64,000 bases of DNA from Spizellomyces punctatus DAOM BR117. Lineage: Eukaryota. A program made the translations under genes and the position numbers. Positions 51,440 through 64,000 of the stretch are shown piece by piece. Location of the stretch: assembly GCA_000182565.2 (NCBI GenBank), contig KQ257454.1. One strand, written 5' to 3'. The number at the start of each line of letters is the position of its first letter. Positions within the stretch are counted from its first letter, which is position 1. The notes beneath the pieces were generated by a model. It made no database searches. It had not been told where the DNA came from and saw only the letters and a list, made by a program, of their open reading frames with translations.

Positions 51440-53460
51440 ATGTCTACCGGGGGGGCTCGCAAGGTGGTAGATGATGAGCATCAGCGGACGGCCAAGAGTT
51501 ATACTGAGCATTTTCTCCATCGTAACTCATCTTTAGCCAGCGAGACAGCCCCTGGGAGTATTTCGGTTAGCACAGCTTCTTGTTATACGTGCTAAGGAAA
51601 ACACCTAACTAGTAAACCGTCCATCATTGCACTCTAGAGGTCATGAGGGGACCGTATACAGCATTGATGTAAATGGACCCGATGTGATACTAAAACCTCC
51701 CCAAATGAAAAAAAAATCCGGGAAGGTAGAACCTCTCGGAGAGCGTGGAGATGAAGCTGATAGGAGCGTGACCCTGGTCTCAGGTGCGAGCTCTTTGAGA
51801 GATGGATTGCTAGGCTATTTCCAACACCTGATGCTCACATTTTGATTTAATAGGATCCCACGACCAAAGCATCCTGGTCTGGAATGTATCTTTGGACACT
51901 CTATCGAAGAACGCGATACTAACCAAGGTATAGTTTGCTTCCTGATGGTCTTACTACAATAAAACACGCCCATTGACGGCTACCATTCAGATGGAGCGAA
52001 TACGGACTTTACGAGGTCATACGGCTCATGTCTATAGCGTGGAAGTCTTACCCCATCCGCGTGGAAAGCCGCGGTATATGGTATCCGCCGGAGATCAAAC
52101 AGTGCGATATTGGGATTTGGAGGTCTGTAGGTGGAGAGCAAGGATCTACTGCTAGCAGTATCCTCATGAATGCAGAAAGACAGGGGAAAATCTGAAAACA
52201 CTTTCAGGGCACACAAACTACGTTGCATGTTTGCGGACCAGAGGGAAGAGGACTTTTTCAGGATCCTGGGACATGAGTCTTCGAAGTTGGAATCTCGAGG
52301 TACAGTCTTTATATTTCCACGCAGCCTACTTGAACCTCACCAACATCCTTCCATAAGACTTACAAGCCCATGCACGTCTTTAAAGGACACCGCAACATTG
52401 TTAATTGCATAGATGTGACGGACACGGACGTTTTCAGCGGTAGCTGGTAATTAACGAGGGCAACCCAGTATCTAATCACCACCCTAACTCCCGTTGCGAC
52501 TCTCCTATAGGGATATGACTGTAATACAATGGAGTCGCTCTGTATGTTCTTTACGTTCGTCCAGATTAGGCTTACTGAAGAGTTGGAGTGGCTGATATCT
52601 CAACCTAAGACAGACAGGAGAGCCAGTAAATGTTTATCGAGGGCATACGGATGGAGTCCAGTGTCTCCAAGTCTCCGGCGACTTGTTACTTACGGGGTGG
52701 GTCTCCCATTCCTTCTGTTTTTAGTGGCACTATTCGCGAAAAGCAACTCTTGACAAAGCCTACTCTTTGGGATAGATCTATGGATAGAACGATTCGAGTA
52801 TGGAGTCAAAAGGTAGGTCAATTCATGATTACAACAATCAAGACGACCGCGTCTAATGAATGCCTCTAAAAGACGGGCAAAACCAAAAGAATTCTCAATG
52901 GTCACGAAGGCGGTGTAGAATGTCTACACTTAGTAGGCCGAACGTGCTTCTCGGGATCTTACGATAAAACCATACGGTGAGTTACCGCGAGCATCTGAGA
53001 ATATCACTGCTTGATGCTCATCGAACGGATACATTCTTGATCCCCAGTTGTTTCAAAATTACGGTCAGTTGGTACTATTGTGGAGTGGTTTATCGTAGCG
53101 CGACTCGCTAAATCGCATTTTCAGACTGGAGAATGCATAGCCATTTTTGAAGGGCATACAGATGGAGGCAAGCGCAGTCGGATTATGTTCATGTTAATCT
53201 CACTACTGATCTCTNNNNNNNNNNNNNNNNNNNNNNNNNNNNNNNNNNNNNNNNNNNNNNNNNNNNNNNNNNNNNNNNNNNNNNNNNNNNNNNNNNNNNN
53301 NNNNNNNNNNNNNNCCCACGACAAGACAATACGAGCTTGGGATGCCCGAGTAAGCATGGTGGACCATTCATTTACTGACATGGGTCGCTGACAATTCTGT
53401 TAGGACTTGGTGCGATTGGGCACGGCCCCATGGTGGAAACGAATCTTTTGCTGCGGGTAG
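51440..53460 (+). CDS. WD40-repeat protein, many exons, spans an N gap
   Basis: GH...WD-type repeats: GHEGTVYSID, SGSHDQSILVWN, GHTAHVYSVE...AGDQTVRYWD, GHRNIVNCID...SGSWD, GHEGGVECL...SGSYD, HDKTIRAWD; ends PWWKRIFCCG*. Confidence 0.8.
53215..53314. other. Assembly gap (100 N, probably an unknown-size placeholder)
   Basis: Run of exactly 100 N. Confidence 0.99.
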
Positions 53461-53919
53461 ACGATACCCATCCGCAGTGCCTTTTCTTTGGATACCCATT
53501 ATATGAACATGTAGATGTTGGAGGGATAATGACACTCAGATAAATTAGCCACATTAGAAAGTAAACGGTGCAGTATGGGTCTGTGGTCGTTTTAATGAAT
53601 TAGAAAATCGTATGAGATACTGTTTCGTATACCTTCCTGATCATTTGCTAGAGTAGGGTGAATATAATTTCTGTAGATCTATCAACGTTTTCGCTCTAGG
53701 ATTCGAATATCTACCATGTTCTAATCCTTGATTCACTTACGCACTACGTGCGACCAATACCATCAAACCTACTACAAGTATATTTCGCAGCATGGCAGTA
53801 AGTAGAGGTGAGTCTCCTGAGTACGTTACGCCTGACCCCTAGCCTCATCTCGGCTTACAGATCTGATCGAAAACGCGACTTTCAAAGAGTTTTAGGCCAG
53901 AGTCCTCGGACTAGATCAC

Positions 53920-55834
53920 ATGGCAAGCCACGATTCCCATCGTCGCTCTATTGACGACGACAGCTGGCCGGACACCATCGCGGATACAGTCTTGAAATGC
54001 TTTGATGGCATTCCAAAGAAAGGGAAACCGACTGTTCGCGGTAAAAAGCCAGAGTGGACAGTCTTGGCGGGCATTGTCCAGTTGCAAAGAGCTCAAGGTA
54101 AAACCGCAAAGTGAGACCTGAACCAGAATCGATACCTGACACTCAAGAAGACAAGGACGCACACTTAAAGTGTGTTGCAATTGGGTGAGCAGCATAACCT
54201 TCTGCCTGCGACCTCGAGAGCGTCCATGCTGAACGTACGGAAAGAACAGGCCTCAAGTGTTTGAATAAACGCCAACTTGTCAAGGATGGTAGTTGTATAA
54301 ATGATAGCCACGCAGAGGTCCTATGCCGGCGGAGCTTTGTTAGGTTAGTGAAGGTCTTTACTAAGGCATTGTCTGAATTGTATTGAGTTCCCGTTTGCAG
54401 ATACATTTATTCCGAAGCCCTAAACGCTATGAAGGGTCTTCCGTCTATCCTTGTAAGAAAGACGGGACAGCAGGACACGAGTTTTCAGCTCGCAAAAGGG
54501 ATAAGTTTTCACATGTATATATCTCAGTCTGCCTGTAAGTACTCGAAGCGACTGTAAAATAATTCCTTGGATGTTGTCTAAGTCTCTTTTAGGTGGTGAC
54601 GCTTCAATGGCAGCTCTTCTGAAAAGTCAATCAGAGGAAGAGAGAAAAGCGAACGAAAGCAAGGCATTGATGTTCCTCGAGAAGAAAATGGAAACTCCTG
54701 CAGCCACCATGGTTATCGCGCCTAGTTCAAACCAGGTGCTGCGTGGCAGAGCCGATTTCACATCCATGGGAGTGCTGCGTACCAAGCCAGGGCGTGTCGA
54801 TGCGGAACCGACATTATCGATGTCTTGCAGGTCGGTGAGTCCAACGATTTCTTTGATGCATGAGTTCGAAACGTCTCAAACCACGGACTATGTAGCGATA
54901 AGATAGCCATGTGGAATGTCCTAGGTCTTGGTGGCGCTCTACTATCCCATTTTGTCGAACCTCTGTACTTGGAATCTATCGTAGTGGGAGATTTGTATGA
55001 TAGCGAGGCCATGGAGCGGGCATTCTGCGAAAGAGTTAGTGGAATAAATGGTAAGCCACGAATTCCATTCGATCCATTTACCTGAGCGTTGGTTCATGTT
55101 CTCGCCATTTGTGCTAGACCTTCCTGCACCTTATAAAGTTACCCGCCCCAAGCTTTTTGCGACAAATCGCGATTTTTTCTGGAGCAAGACCAGTGTGTCT
55201 AGCCGACATGAAATCAAGCCGATTCCTGCGGATACATGTTCGTGACGATCGTTTGCCACTTACATTATCAGCAAAGCGATTAAAATTCTCTAGGTCGTTC
55301 CAGCAATCGCCTGGAATGCAAGTCACCCGAGGGACTCTGAAGCGATCACCAACGGCCGGCGGCAAGGTTTTGCCGCAAAAGCTGGAACGTGGAGCGCTAA
55401 AGCGCGGTAAGTTATTTGGTGAGAAGTCCGCAAATGACGTCTCATATCCGTTTCTAGGTCACCAATATGTAAAGCACTGCTTTTCGAAGAATTTCAAAGT
55501 CTTCTGGAGATCATACCTCTACACGAGCGTTCAATGTCCCTAGGGTACGTTTTTAGGTATCGTCGCCATGATCCGAAAGTAATTGAAATATTTGCTCCAC
55601 TACAGACAAATAGATTTCTCGCGACTCTCATACCGTGATGTAAAACGTGCGAATACGTCTTATCAAACCGCCAAGGCGGCGCTGTTTGATCAAAAGTTCC
55701 AGAGTTGGGTGGTGAATCCTGCTGAACTTGAAGAGTTTTATATGGAGGTAGTCCCAGTGGTGGGTCGTAAGAGAAATAGGGAAGATGATCCGGAAGATTC
55801 ACGAAATGCAAAACACCGCGACGGAAGTGGATAG
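53920..55834 (+). CDS. TAD1: tRNA-Ala A37 adenosine deaminase Tad1/ADAT1
   Basis: [54 protein letters not shown]; no dsRNA-binding domain. Confidence 0.9.
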
Positions 55835-56074
55835 GATGACTAAAGCCTGGTGCCTCGTGTTATAAATGTACATAGATGGGCAAATATTAGAATACAACAA
55901 GCGCATCCATTAAATTAAGCATATTATCCAGGTTATACGATGTTAGAAAGGGAGTAACAACACTCTGGCCCTGCACGATAGGTGGTGGACACGCATCCGA
56001 ATGTGTGACAGCCCAGCAGTCGGGTATATTTCAAATTCAATGCGGGAGTGACCCGTGAGTTACAGAATATGACA

Positions 56075-58378
56075 CTACTGCTCATCCCACCTCCGTCTGC
56101 GTTCTGTGGTCGATCCACCTCCATTCTTGTCCTTTCCCACAAATGACGTTGAACTCCCTTGCGCTGACGATGCTCGCTGAAAAGCGGTAAATTTCATTCC
56201 TCCGACCCCACGGTTTGTCCCCAATTCTGCTGTGCGCGAGATGTGGTTGGGTTCGGGATTGCCACCTATGCCCACATGTCCGCGATTGCCTATCGGAGCA
56301 AGATTTGGATTACTGCCACCACCAAAGCTTCCCCTATGTCCGTTTCCGCCGCCAAATCCGGCCCCTCCACGACCCCTCCCCCGTCCTCTTCCCCGTCCTC
56401 TACCTCGCCCACGTCCACCACCTCGCTCTCGTCCTTTTCTAAAGCGGCCATTCTTTAGCGCTAGCGTCAGCAATTCTGGAGGGACCGTTTGCCCAGCGTC
56501 TTCCAAGTTTCGGACCAGCTCCCCGGCAAATTTATCCTCCTTTTGCGTAATCAACGTATACGCTGTGCCCTTTTCACCCGCTCGGCCGGTTCGCCCAATG
56601 CGATGGACATGTGAATCAATATCGCGTGCCACTGCGGGAAATAAAAGCATATATAAGCTTCAAACTGGTTACATGGAACATATTTCAAATACTTTACCAT
56701 CATAGTTAACCACTGTTTTGATAGATTTGATATCCAATCCCCGGGCTGCTACATCTGTGCTCACCAGAAGTTTAACCTTCCCGGCCTTGAAGTCATGGAT
56801 GACTTTATCCCGCTCGTGTTGTAACATATCTCCATGTAGTGGACTGCATTCGAATCCAGAAGCCTTCAAATTTGCAGCAAGTTCATCAACCCCCGTTTTT
56901 CTGCCCACAAAAACCAGTACGCTCCCGTCCACTGTGAACTTGACAAGCCTTTGTGTAAGCCAGCCCCACTTATATCCATCGTCTTCAAGAACCTGTACAA
57001 TTTGTGTGATATCCGTATTAGCTTGACCAACGCCACCAATGCTTATTCGCACGGGCTCGGTCAGCACGTCTCGCGCCAGGCGTTCCACTCGCTTTTGGAA
57101 GGTTGCACTAAAGAGTAGGGTTTGTCGATCGGGTCGGACGTTGTTACAAATGGACCGGACTTGTGGCTCAAATCCGAGATCAAACATACGATCCGCTTCA
57201 TCCAAAACCAGGTATGAAACTCTGCGGAGGTTTGTTGCCTTCATTTTCACCAGGTCAATCAATCTTCCCGGGGTCGCAACCAGAATTTCGATCCCTCCGC
57301 CCCGTAATTCCTTGAATTGTTCACCTTTTGACGCACCGCCGTACACAACACCAACCTTCAGACCGTAGGCTTTGGCAAACTTTTTCGCCTCGAGATATAT
57401 TTGATGTGCGAGCTCTCGAGTTGGGGCCAGGATTAAACCGATGGGTCCGTCCCCTTTCTCCAACTCCTCTTGATCCATCATATGCACCAGCATGGGCCAT
57501 ATGAATGCCGCAGTTTTTCCACTTCCCGTTTTTGCAATGCCAATAATGTCCCTTCCGCTAAGCGCTACTGGGACCGCTTGTCGCTGGATGCCCGTTGGTT
57601 CCGTGTATCCGTGCCTGCGGATAGCGTCAATCAAGGAGTCATCAAAGCCAAAGTGCGCAAAGGAGATGCACGGCTTGGCTATGTCATGTCCTGACACTCG
57701 CATGTCTAGGTCTCGGCGAATCTGCCATGCTTCTGCCTCACTCAGGGCGGCAATATCTGAATGTTCCTCGTAAAAATCTTTCTCAATCTCAGGGTACTGA
57801 ATCTTTGAATGATCTACAGCAGGTAACGGTTCAATTTCTCTTCTCTTCATATCTCCCAGCGCATTGTCCCCCAATCCTTCGTCATTTTCCGCCAGAGCAG
57901 CATCAACAGCGCGGGCAGTCGCATACACTTCCTCGTCCGAATCCACATCGTCTTGCTGTGCGACAGGAGCATTTTTGCCAATTTCTATGCCCTTTTTCTT
58001 CATGTGCTTGACATAGCTCTCCACAAAATCCTCTTCCTCGAAGTCGTCGCGACGTGTTGGGCCTAGTTTTGCTTTCTCTTCTACTCGCTCTTGCTGCTGG
58101 ATTTCTGCATTAATACCAGCCATAAACGCATCAAGCTCATCCTCCTCCTCCTCAGCGGCATTGGCTGAATTAAAGCCTTCCTTCGTCGTTATCTCTTCTA
58201 CAGAAGGACGCTTGTCATTGGCAGTACCGTCATCAAGATCAAGCATCCTGCGTTTTGCCGGTCGTTCCGGCTCATTAAAGGCCGCCTCGTCATCGTCATC
58301 CCAGAGGCCTCTTCCCTTCCCTGCCCCGTTTCTACTGGCTCCAAGGCCCAAATGTCCTCTCTGATTGCGTTTGAACAT
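56075..58378 (-). CDS. DDX42: DEAD-box helicase DDX42 (SF3b125)
   Basis: EDELDAFMAGI, DSDEEVY, IEPLPAVDHSKI, AKTGSGKT, DEAD, SATF, HRIGRTGRAG; RG-rich tail; one intron. Confidence 0.92.
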
Positions 58379-58441
58379 TATTCGTCGTCTTTGGAACCCG
58401 GATTGGAAAGTTAGTCCAAACTTGAATTCGCGAAGTCCAGC

Positions 58442-58465
58442 AGCACGTGACCATTAGCACGTGAC
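58442..58465. promoter_or_regulatory. Tandem AGCACGTGAC bHLH (E-box) sites in the DDX42/RPS5 divergent promoter
   Basis: agcacgtgac-catt-agcacgtgac, a perfect 10-mer direct repeat. Confidence 0.6.
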
Positions 58466-58742
58466 TATACAGAATGTTACACAAGAATTTCTGGTCTTGA
58501 CATCGGATTTTGAGCATAGCGTAGAGTTCTTCCCTTTTCGCCGTTTGTCCATCACAGGAAGGAAGGTAAAGTGTCGTCCAATCATCCATCCATCCATCCA
58601 TCCCGTCGGTCGCAGAGAATGCTACTCGATTGTTCGTTCGTCTTGAGAGATTGAGCAAACCCGACTTGTTACTGTGGAGGAGAGAGTTCGCGAATGTGAT
58701 CACGATTCTGACCGAGGCATTTGACATTTGCAGAACGCAACC

Positions 58743-59732
<990 letters not shown>

Positions 59733-60085
59733 GGAGCGAGCGATATGGATGGGCTGGCACGCGGATGTCCGTGGTGTCGGCTTTGGTGGTGCTTGGGAGG
59801 TCTGTGTACAATGCAAATATATAAACAAATTACACTTGTTGGACTACAGATCGAGACAGTGGACGTGTTAGCCAGCTAACGCCCTAAGATATCAATATAC
59901 TAATCGGACATGTGGTGGAAACATTAGTCTGCCAAGACAAGACCTATCTTGCAGGGATTTGCTGGTTTTACGTTCGACCATTTCATAATGTTCCCATAAA
60001 GGGTTAAATAATGTCCAGGTGATCGGACATTCCGAGGTTTCCCAACTTCACTTCGTTCAAAGTAAACGTGAGTGTGGGAGCAAAC

Positions 60086-63000
60086 ATGCTTGCAGCCTCG
60101 GAAATCCCTTCCCACTATGGGCGTCGACAAGAATCTTCACTTTCGCGTTTGCTGTCAGGCAAGCTGGATGCACCGTTGGAGGAACAATTGGAGACTCTTA
60201 AAGTATGATGCAGCCGGGAACACTAGTCGCTGAAAATTCTTCTCAACCCGTTTCATATTTTCATAGAGCAATGTATTCTTGACTATCATCAGGTTAGTGT
60301 AGCCAATAATTTCTGCTGTTGTTGTTCTCAACTGAAACTTCGTATAGCTACTATAAAGATTTTGTAAACTCCTATCAATACCGCTTCGACTTGAGAGATG
60401 AAATCGCCGCTCTTGCAGAACAGATAGAGGCATCACCTAAGGGAACGACGGTACATGGTACTCGCCCGCTGAGGTAGAATCAATTTCCCGTGTCTGAGCT
60501 TCCATGGTTGACATTTGATTGGTGGAGCAAAGGCGGTCGCCAATCGAGAAAGGGACTTGAAGTTGAAAACTGTCAGTCTTCTTGAAGCGATAACAAAGGT
60601 CAGGAAGCATTTTTGGCGTTCTGAGATCATCGACAGTAATCACTCAGATATTATACAGCTGCATGTCGAATTGCAAGGTTTTGATCAATTGGTGGAGACA
60701 GGAGAAATGATTACCGCCGCTGATTCAGTGATGGAAATGGTACCACCTTGAGTGCGAAGTCGAAAATGAGAACAACGGCATAACTGACTTTTTACTGGTA
60801 CAGGGATTCTTGATCGAACGACTTGTTAGCCTGAAAGACGACGCTGATTGTCCACTGGAGGTACTCAACGCCTTGAAGGTACTATTACATCGATCGTGCC
60901 ATAGTATGTTTCAGTAACATCTAACGGTTGAAATAGAAAGAAGTCACTTCAAAGCGCGCTCACTTGCAGCAAAGACTCGAGGAGCTATTTTCCGCAGCTT
61001 ACGTATTCATATCACACAATGACTACTCAGAGCTGAAAGTAACTTCACGTCTTCTCGGTAAAGGCCAATCGGTTTGACAATACGCCAACAATACAAGACT
61101 GACTCTCACTGCAATAGCCACCATCGCCAGGACCTATTTTGATAGTCCCATCAATCATGAAGACGTTAAGTTGGCAATGGTGAAAATGAACTCATTGGAA
61201 GGCGCCATGAGGCGTTTATCTCGGCGGATCACCGCGACTTTGGCCATGCCAATCATGAGGGATCCGAGCCTGGAGCTTACATTAAATAGGACAAAGATCG
61301 CGTCGACAATTCGATATGGGCCTTCTTCTGGAGTAGTAAAGACAGAAGCAAGACAGACCGAAGGTACGAAAAATAAAATAGTTTACTAGAAATATCTCAT
61401 GGAAGGTCTAAAATAATGGAACTTATCAGAATACCTACCAATGGTATTTGACAAGCTCTTGAAGCTCGCGCAACTCTTGAAGGAAACCGTGTTCAGCGGC
61501 AGCAGCTCGGATGGCGCTTGTGATCCTATCCAGATCTTCGCGGATAGCTGGTCGCCAGAGCTTGCGTCCAAGGTTCTTAGTGAGTGCCTCATGCCGTCCA
61601 TCCCTGAAGATCCAGATGCACTGGGCAAATATCATGAGCTTGTCATCGAGATACGAGGGTTTGATGAAAACATGAAAAAACTTGGTAAGTGCCCCTTTTC
61701 ATGGTGATCTTGAACACATACACAGCACCTCATGCTTCCATTTTGGATAGGTATGTTTCGAAAAGATCAGAACGATCTACTGGATTTCACCGTGCGAGTC
61801 AACCAGCATTATGCCCAGAAGAGGCGAGCAGACTTGCTGATGCTAGTTCGCGATATCTTACAAAGCGACGACCAGAATACAGTCGAGGTTCCTGGAGAAT
61901 TGGAACGAGGTAAGAATATCACATTGTTGAGCATCATGTTGGATTAGGATTGAGCAGTCATGCTACAGGTGATATATTTACCGTCACCAGTGAGACTAAA
62001 GCGGGAAAGGAAATGGACGAGACTAAGGCTGCTGCTAAAATTGGCGGTAAAGACGGCCTAGAAATGGCAGAAGCGAGATTCAAGTTGCCAACATGTCACG
62101 TAAGCAAGCAAGCGCAGGCATTGGTTGAGCTGGCTCACCAAACCCTTGAGAGTGTTGCGACTGCCGATGACAGCAGGTGTGACTGGTGGTTGTTCAATTG
62201 AACGCTTGTTTGTTGACCAGTCAACTGATTCTTTGATTATAGCAAAATCGAAGCCTTTTACTGTGCCCGAGATATTTTTGACTGCTACCGCGCGGTCATA
62301 CCGGTCCATCATGCTGATTCACTGGAGAATATCCCCGGACGAACAATGCTGTTCTATAATGATTGCGAGTATATATGCTTTCATCTTCTCGCGATGGGGT
62401 ACAAGTATAGCACACTTCTTCCGTATCCCTTGAAACAAATGGGAACGTTTCTGGACATGGTGCCAAGTTATCGCAAGTTGGGCGAAGGTTATTTTAGAAA
62501 CCAATTGGTAGGGTGCACAACTTCTGCACAAATGGATCCTGGTTTTTATCCTTTTTCGTTGTGTTGTAGCGCAAACAGCGAGACGACCTCTTGGCTCGAT
62601 TGGCCGAAGCGGGTGGCTTTGGGAGTCTTTCGGACGATATGCGCTGCGAGCAGGTTGAGAAGGCGATCAAAGCAGCGCTTTATCATTTGAATGGACTAGT
62701 AAAAGCATGGAAGGTATGTCGTTTGTCAGAAATCGGTTCTGAGTGCGCGATTTAATGGGTAAGTAACACATATTTTAGCCGATTATGCCACTTGAGATAT
62801 ATCTGAAGTCTATGGGCATTCTGGTGGACGTCATAATATCGGCGATATTGAATGATGTCGCGGAACGTTCGACCTGGACGAAGCAGGAAGGGCACCAACT
62901 GCGGTATCTTATGTCACTGATAGACAAGACCGAAGCCCACTTTCATCGTGTATCCGGAGTTGGTAAAAACAAAGAGATAGAGAGAGTAAGCGTCATCGTG

Positions 63001-63202
63001 CAAGCCCTTTTCTTTTCATACTCCTGGTCCTAACCGAATATTCCAAAAGGCACCCATTCCGAAATATTCAAATCTATGGGAAGTTTATCGCGATATCACA
63101 GATATGTTGGAAGCTGCTTCACCCGAAGCTGTGTTAGAACGGATACGAAATACACTTGAGACGGTGGGCGGAAAGGACAACAATCAGGGACGTTTGCGAT
63201 AA
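60086..63202 (+). CDS. ZW10: ZW10/Dsl1-family kinetochore and ER-tethering protein
   Basis: LSECLMPSIP, FKLPTCHVSKQAQALVEL, IFDCYRAVIPVHH...MLFYNDCEYICFHL, WKPIMPLEIYLKSMGILV. Start is approximate. Confidence 0.8.
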
Positions 63203-63269
63203 CTGCAAGCTCGCTCCGCGTGACAATACAATATATTAATTCACTTGCAACTCGGCCCATAAACATATT

Positions 63270-63687
63270 TTACTTCCGCTTTTTGCCCTTCTTTGTGCCA
63301 TCAGCCTGTGGCGGCTTCGCTTTCCCTGTCAAGACTGGACGTACTGGATGAGAAAACAGCCAGGCCAGCAGTGTGCTCTGAATTACTCAACTTACCAGAC
63401 ACCCTTGGAGGTTTGCCCCTCTTTGTCATCTCCTCCTCCCTGGCAACCTTCATCTGCTGCCACACATCCACCAATTGCAATGTTCCTAACGAAGGATCCT
63501 GAGAGGCCAATTTGGTTGAGTCGACTCCAGGTGGATAATGCGTCAAGAGCTTTTGGCGGCGGGAGGTTATTGAGGGTGTAATAGGTCGGAGGAGCTCGAC
63601 ACCAGTACTCGCTTTATGGATCGCAGAGCGAAGGGTTTGTAGCGTTCCCAATCGGGAGGAAGGTGGTGGGAGTGGAATGGGAGCCAT
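63270..63687 (-). CDS. Small basic protein, possibly mitochondrial ribosomal mS33/Rsm27
   Basis: LLTHYPP, KRGKPPR, and a spliced Lys-rich end GKAKPPQADGTKKGKKRK*; weak resemblance only. Confidence 0.45.
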
Positions 63688-64000
63688 GATTATTGTTAAT
63701 CTAAGATAAGATCAACGACTTTATATATATCTTTGGTGCACTCTCTGCATGCAATGGACCGATCACGGCCTACGCTGGCAAACATGCTCAACGTCGATCT
63801 CAATTGGAATTTTGCTGCACTCCAACCGGTGGCGTAGCACGATCAGTGTGGCGCAGTGGGCGAATATCGCAAGGCCGCCATATCTTTCATGGCTGACATT
63901 GCCAGCATTGAGAGCGACGAAGGCGCAACTATAACCGTTTGCGCAGCTCATCAGTATGAGTGTTGTCCCTTTTGTTGTCTCGACTTTTTCGATGTCAACA

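Noticed and set aside
58583-58603. (CCAT)n microsatellite in the RPS5 promoter
   Set aside because: Only four to five units; ordinary.
63763-64000. Possible last exon of a minus-strand gene at the window edge
   Set aside because: A splice-acceptor-like signal exists, but no frame can be assigned.

Overview
Gene-dense, intron-rich eukaryotic DNA. Introns are mostly 50-110 nt GT-AG with CTRAY branch points, and there are two N gaps (41537-41874, 53215-53314). Fungal-type housekeeping genes occur together with axonemal genes (two EFHC/Rib72 paralogs and a SAXO-like repeat protein), which points to a flagellated zoosporic fungus (chytrid; Spizellomycetales-like is my inference). I can support about 28 protein-coding genes, many in head-to-head pairs, plus one tRNA-Gly(CCC). 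No mobile element, CRISPR array or rRNA was seen. Most notable: a PDXDC1-type pseudo-decarboxylase spliced in frame to two DEK-C-like domains; a SAXO5/TEX45-like microtubule inner protein near EFHC1 and EFHC2; a single +1 frameshift in an otherwise intact EFHC1; a CipC/DUF3759 protein with a 12x GGYGGGQ prion-like tail; a bacterial-type TlpA thioredoxin fused to a SAP-like domain; an animal ATF2-like MAPK motif in a bZIP factor; and recurring CACGTGAC promoter elements plus one perfect X-box. All gene models were spliced by eye and family calls come from remembered motifs, not database searches.
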